Shown here: positions 63,112-64,000 of the stretch, one piece after another
How positions within the stretch are numbered: position 1 is the first letter of the stretch
How the letters are laid out: every line of letters begins with the position of its first letter
Assembly (NCBI GenBank): GCA_048941265.1
Contig: JBHLNT010000007.1
Span: 3,669 to 67,668, forward strand
Reading direction: 5' to 3'
DNA length: 64,000 bases
Source: Promethearchaeota archaeon
Lineage (GTDB): Archaea; Asgardarchaeota; Lokiarchaeia; Sigyniarchaeales; SOKP01
Program-made: the position numbers and the translations under genes
The notes under the pieces: generated by a model
Told to the model about the DNA's origin: nothing
Databases searched by the model: none
What the model saw: the letters and a program-made list of their open reading frames with translations, nothing else

Positions 63112-64000
63112 AATGGTCTACGGTTTCTTCGCTTCTCTAATAGTTCTAATCCTTGCTCCTTTAAGTTCCTCATTAAGCTATTAAATAAAAGATTTATTTC
63201 ATCTGGTTTAAAAACTGCCCTTTTATGAGCCTCAATTTGAGGGATTGGAAGACCATAATGTTTATTTAAACTTGAAATAGGTAGTATAATTGAAGATATT
63301 AAATCAGCTTTCTCAGCAGCTTTTTTTATTGAATCGTTTTCTTCCATAAAAAATTCAATCCTGCATGGTGTATCAAATTTAGCAGTTTTAAGGTAAAATG
63401 CATAAAATGATAAAGGAAAATAATAAGGAATTTCCTTTTTTATACCAGTATCTCGTATTTTTTCAATGTCTCGTTTACAGTTGAAAATACAACTTCTCTC
63501 TGATTTATTTAATAACTTATTAAATAATTCTAAATCGGATAAGTAATCAATAATCTGGCGGTAATTTATTTTAATAAAATCATTCAAATTTGATGTATTA
63601 GGTTTTAATAATTGAATTGAATCTCTTAATAAATGAGATAGAGCTGAAGTTCGTGTATCTTTGATGGATCCAATTAAAATAATCCCATTTTCTTTGCAAT
63701 TCAAATATAATTTATGATATTCTCTTAATAATCTATCATATTTCTTAGCAATCTCAGGATCCTGGGAGAAAAGTAAATTTATAGGCATGATTACTATCGA
63801 TCCATCAATTATTATAAGATCTCTATTGAAATCATTAGAATATTTAATCATATTGTTTAAAAGATTAATTTCCATAAATTTCATATCCATTGAAATTTTA
63901 TTTTCAACGATATTTTCTTCTCGATTAATAAAATTACCTTGAACTGAATAATAATTAAAACCACTTAGATCTGGATAGTATTTTATATCTGCTGCATGAT
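63108..64000 (-). CDS. NurA-like nuclease domain protein, 5' end beyond window
   Basis: 'LIIIDGSIV', 'LIGSIKDTRTS', 'GLPIPQIEAHKRAVF' resemble NurA motifs. The reverse frame stays open from 63890 to 64000 ('..HAADIKYYPDLSGFNYYSVQGNFINREENIVENKIS-MDMKF'), so the gene probably starts outside the window. Confidence 0.5.
   Translation of the reverse strand, partial: HAADIKYYPDLSGFNYYSVQGNFINREENIVENKISMDMKFMEINLLNNMIKYSNDFNRDLIIIDGSIVIMPINLLFSQDPEIAKKYDRLLREYHKLYLNCKENGIILIGSIKDTRTSALSHLLRDSIQLLKPNTSNLNDFIKINYRQIIDYLSDLELFNKLLNKSERSCIFNCKRDIEKIRDTGIKKEIPYYFPLSFYAFYLKTAKFDTPCRIEFFMEENDSIKKAAEKADLISSIILPISSLNKHYGLPIPQIEAHKRAVFKPDEINLLFNSLMRNLKEQGLELLEKRRNRRPF

Noticed and set aside
1-64000. Searched by eye for CRISPR arrays, tRNA/rRNA/SRP/RNase P RNA genes, transposases, integrases and long terminal inverted repeats.
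   Set aside because: I saw no regularly spaced repeats, no GC-rich structured-RNA-like islands in the spacers and no recombinase-like ORFs. tRNAscan/Infernal would be needed to exclude small RNAs properly.

Overview
AT-rich (about 30% GC by eye, not computed) archaeal chromosomal segment. It has roughly 58 protein-coding genes, mostly separated by long AT-rich spacers. I could not recognise any rRNA, tRNA, CRISPR array, transposase or integrase.

Ordinary content:
- Archaeal information-processing genes: GlyRS, L35Ae, the conserved L21e-RpoF-DUF655-RsmA-HemK operon, Pus10, XPD, RecJ/GAN, a beta-CASP RNase and NurA.
- Three tetrahydromethanopterin C1-pathway genes (ftr, mtd, mch).
- Purine/MTA salvage (apt, two MTAP paralogs), glycogen genes (GlgA-like, GH57), two tandem 3-hydroxyacyl-CoA dehydrogenases, and an aroB-type-II / MetE-like / PaaI set.

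Interspersed are many eukaryote-signature-type proteins: a Rag/Gtr-like GTPase with a roadblock-type C-terminal domain, a Rab/Ras-like small GTPase, a Roadblock/LC7 protein, an orphan ESCRT-III/Snf7 protein, a presenilin-like protease, two tandem secernin-like C69 peptidases, a B-box/GRAM-like multidomain protein and a cold-shock-domain protein. The combination points to an Asgard (Lokiarchaeia-like) genome. This is an inference and needs phylogenomic confirmation.

Most worth a second look:
1. A queD plus SDR-QueC-fusion block bracketed by a direct repeat of the neighbouring amidase gene's 3' end. This is a possible acquired variant 7-deazaguanine module.
2. The B-box / GRAM-like / prion-like / SHOCT protein.
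3. Two secernin-like genes abutting in the same frame across a single TAA, the second starting at TTG.
4. An Rpb9/TFS-type zinc ribbon fused to XPD.
5. A small GTPase with deviant G3/G4 motifs placed directly downstream of a polytopic membrane protein.

I found no single compact novel 'system' that I can defend beyond these. All family calls rest on motif recognition by eye and need HMM or structure searches.
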